Assembly (NCBI GenBank): GCA_017647405.1
Contig: JAGCKR010000041.1
Coordinates: 45,218-109,217 of the forward strand
Reading direction: 5' to 3'
DNA: 64,000 bases
From: Alphaproteobacteria bacterium
GTDB lineage: Bacteria > Pseudomonadota > Alphaproteobacteria > CAAHEQ01 > UBA3637
The notes under the pieces are model-generated. The model was not told the origin of the DNA. It saw only the letters and a list, made by a program, of their open reading frames with translations, and ran no database searches. The translations under genes were made by a program, and so were the position numbers. Below are positions 62,810 to 64,000 of this stretch, piece after piece. How positions within the stretch are numbered: the first letter of the stretch is position 1; each line of letters opens with the position of its first letter.

Positions 62810-64000
62810 ATGGATTTATTTGATATTGAAGAGCCTGATTTTGAAAACGAGGCTAAGAATTTTCTTTCAAAACCGCATTTTTTAGATGAATTGAATCAAG
62901 AGCAACGGCAGGCTGTTGAAACAACAGAAGGTCCGGTTCTTGTTTTATCGGGAGCAGGTACCGGTAAAACGAAAGTTTTGACAACGCGGATAGCCTATAT
63001 TTTACACCAACAAAAAGCAAGACCTTGGCAAATTTTGGCTGTTACTTTTACCAATAAGGCATCAAAGGAAATGAAAGAGCGTTTGGAAAAAATGATCGGA
63101 GGAGATGCTTTTTCTGTTTGGCTTGGAACATTTCACTCTATTGGTATCAGGATTTTAAGAAAACATGGGGGATTGTTGGGATTGGAACAGAATTTTATTG
63201 TTTTGGATCCAGACGATCAGGAACGTCTTTTGAAGCAAATGATGCAAGAAGACGGTATTGATATTAAAAAGCATACGCCTGCCGGTCTTTTAGATGTGAT
63301 TCAACGTTGGAAAGATAAAGGGCTTTTGCCTCATGGGGTGACAACGGCACAAAATAGTGGATATTGCGAAGGACGTGCGCTTTATTTTTATGAAAAATAC
63401 CAAAAGCGTTTAAAGGAATTAAATGCGGTTGATTTTGGTGATTTATTGTTGTTGCCATTGGCATTATTTCAGTCTTATCCGGATGTTTTGGAAGAATATC
63501 AAAAGCAATTTCGTTATATTTTAGTTGATGAGTATCAAGATACAAATGTTGCGCAATATTTGTTACTTCGAATGTTGGCAAAGGGGTATGGGAATATTTG
63601 TTGTGTTGGAGATGATGATCAGTCGATTTATTCTTGGAGAGGTGCTGAGGTTGAAAATATTTTAACATTCCAAAAAATTTTTCCACAAGCCCTTGTGATA
63701 CGTCTTGAACGAAATTATCGATCAACAGCGCATATTTTGGGGGCGGCATCTGGATTAATTTCAAATAATCAGGGGCGGTTGGGAAAAACATTAAAACCAG
63801 CTGATGAACTTCAGGGAATGGGTGAAAAGGTTAAAGTAACGGGATTTTGGTCCGGTTCACAGGAGGCAGAATCTGTCGTAACTTCAATTTTAAAAGAGCA
63901 ACAAAAGGGTGTTGCGTTAAGTGATATGGCTATTTTGGTGCGAGCAACATTTCAAACGCGTCAATTTGAAGAAGTTTTGATGCGCACGGGGATTCCATAT
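62810..64000 (+). CDS. uvrD: UvrD/Rep/PcrA-family DNA helicase II (5' part; runs off the window)
   Basis: Not in the ORF track because no stop lies within the window. Hand translation from the ATG at 62810: MDLFDIEEPDFENEAKNFLSKPHFLDELNQEQRQAVETTEGPVLVLSGAGTGKTKVLTTR..., later ILVDEYQDTN and GDDDQSIYSWRGA. Confidence 0.85.
   Translation, partial: MDLFDIEEPDFENEAKNFLSKPHFLDELNQEQRQAVETTEGPVLVLSGAGTGKTKVLTTRIAYILHQQKARPWQILAVTFTNKASKEMKERLEKMIGGDAFSVWLGTFHSIGIRILRKHGGLLGLEQNFIVLDPDDQERLLKQMMQEDGIDIKKHTPAGLLDVIQRWKDKGLLPHGVTTAQNSGYCEGRALYFYEKYQKRLKELNAVDFGDLLLLPLALFQSYPDVLEEYQKQFRYILVDEYQDTNVAQYLLLRMLAKGYGNICCVGDDDQSIYSWRGAEVENILTFQKIFPQALVIRLERNYRSTAHILGAASGLISNNQGRLGKTLKPADELQGMGEKVKVTGFWSGSQEAESVVTSILKEQQKGVALSDMAILVRATFQTRQFEEVLMRTGIPY

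Noticed and set aside
63264-63791. 175-aa minus-strand ORF
   Set aside because: It lies entirely inside the plus-strand UvrD-family helicase frame, which shows the Walker A, DEYQD and GDDDQSIY motifs. The antisense product has no features.

Overview
Low-GC chromosomal segment that looks alphaproteobacterial. It carries ctrA, a ChpT-type phosphotransferase, mipZ, a eukaryote-like long IleRS, and the lptG-lptD-surA and hpf-ptsN neighbourhoods. The T4SS layout resembles the Rickettsiales rvh locus, so an obligate intracellular Rickettsiales/Holosporales-like organism is my inference. All family calls come from reading the translated ORFs and from remembered motifs; no searches were run. About two thirds of the window is housekeeping: rho, ileS, ctrA, alr, rne, amiC, pgm, mipZ, htpG, prx, folD, surA, lptD, xerD, aroK, tlyC-like, dolP, yraN, rsmI, lpoA-like, hemW, hpf, ptsN and uvrD, plus three tRNAs (Gln-UUG, Arg-CCG, Glu-CUC). 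The most unusual region is a ~17-kb minus-strand operon-like block (30482-47587). It contains seven tightly coupled signal-peptide ORFs of unrecognisable family, then virB8 paralog, an untracked 59-aa virB7 lipoprotein ORF, virB8, a virB9 with a C-terminal SPOR-like domain, a 2251-aa virB10 that is mostly a degenerate 16-18-residue repeat array, and virB11. A strong terminator follows and there is no virD4. Other accessory or odd items: (1) a DUF262 + HEPN two-gene islet flanked by ~230-bp direct repeats beside tRNA-Gln, with a COG2958/HrgA-like nuclease-fold gene next to it; (2) two tandem 160-bp units that each reproduce the 3' end of tRNA-Arg; (3) an intact SucC/SucD-like pair whose catalytic motifs are eroded; (4) a stand-alone 61-aa ORF resembling the glycyl-radical C-terminus of class III RNR; (5) a serine recombinase next to an RlmN/Cfr-like radical SAM gene and a minimal ACT-less prephenate-dehydratase-fold gene; (6) a ~190-nt promoter-to-terminator RNA element upstream of a lipoprotein gene; (7) an in-frame lptG-lptD fusion ORF. 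No rRNA, CRISPR array or IS transposase was seen.
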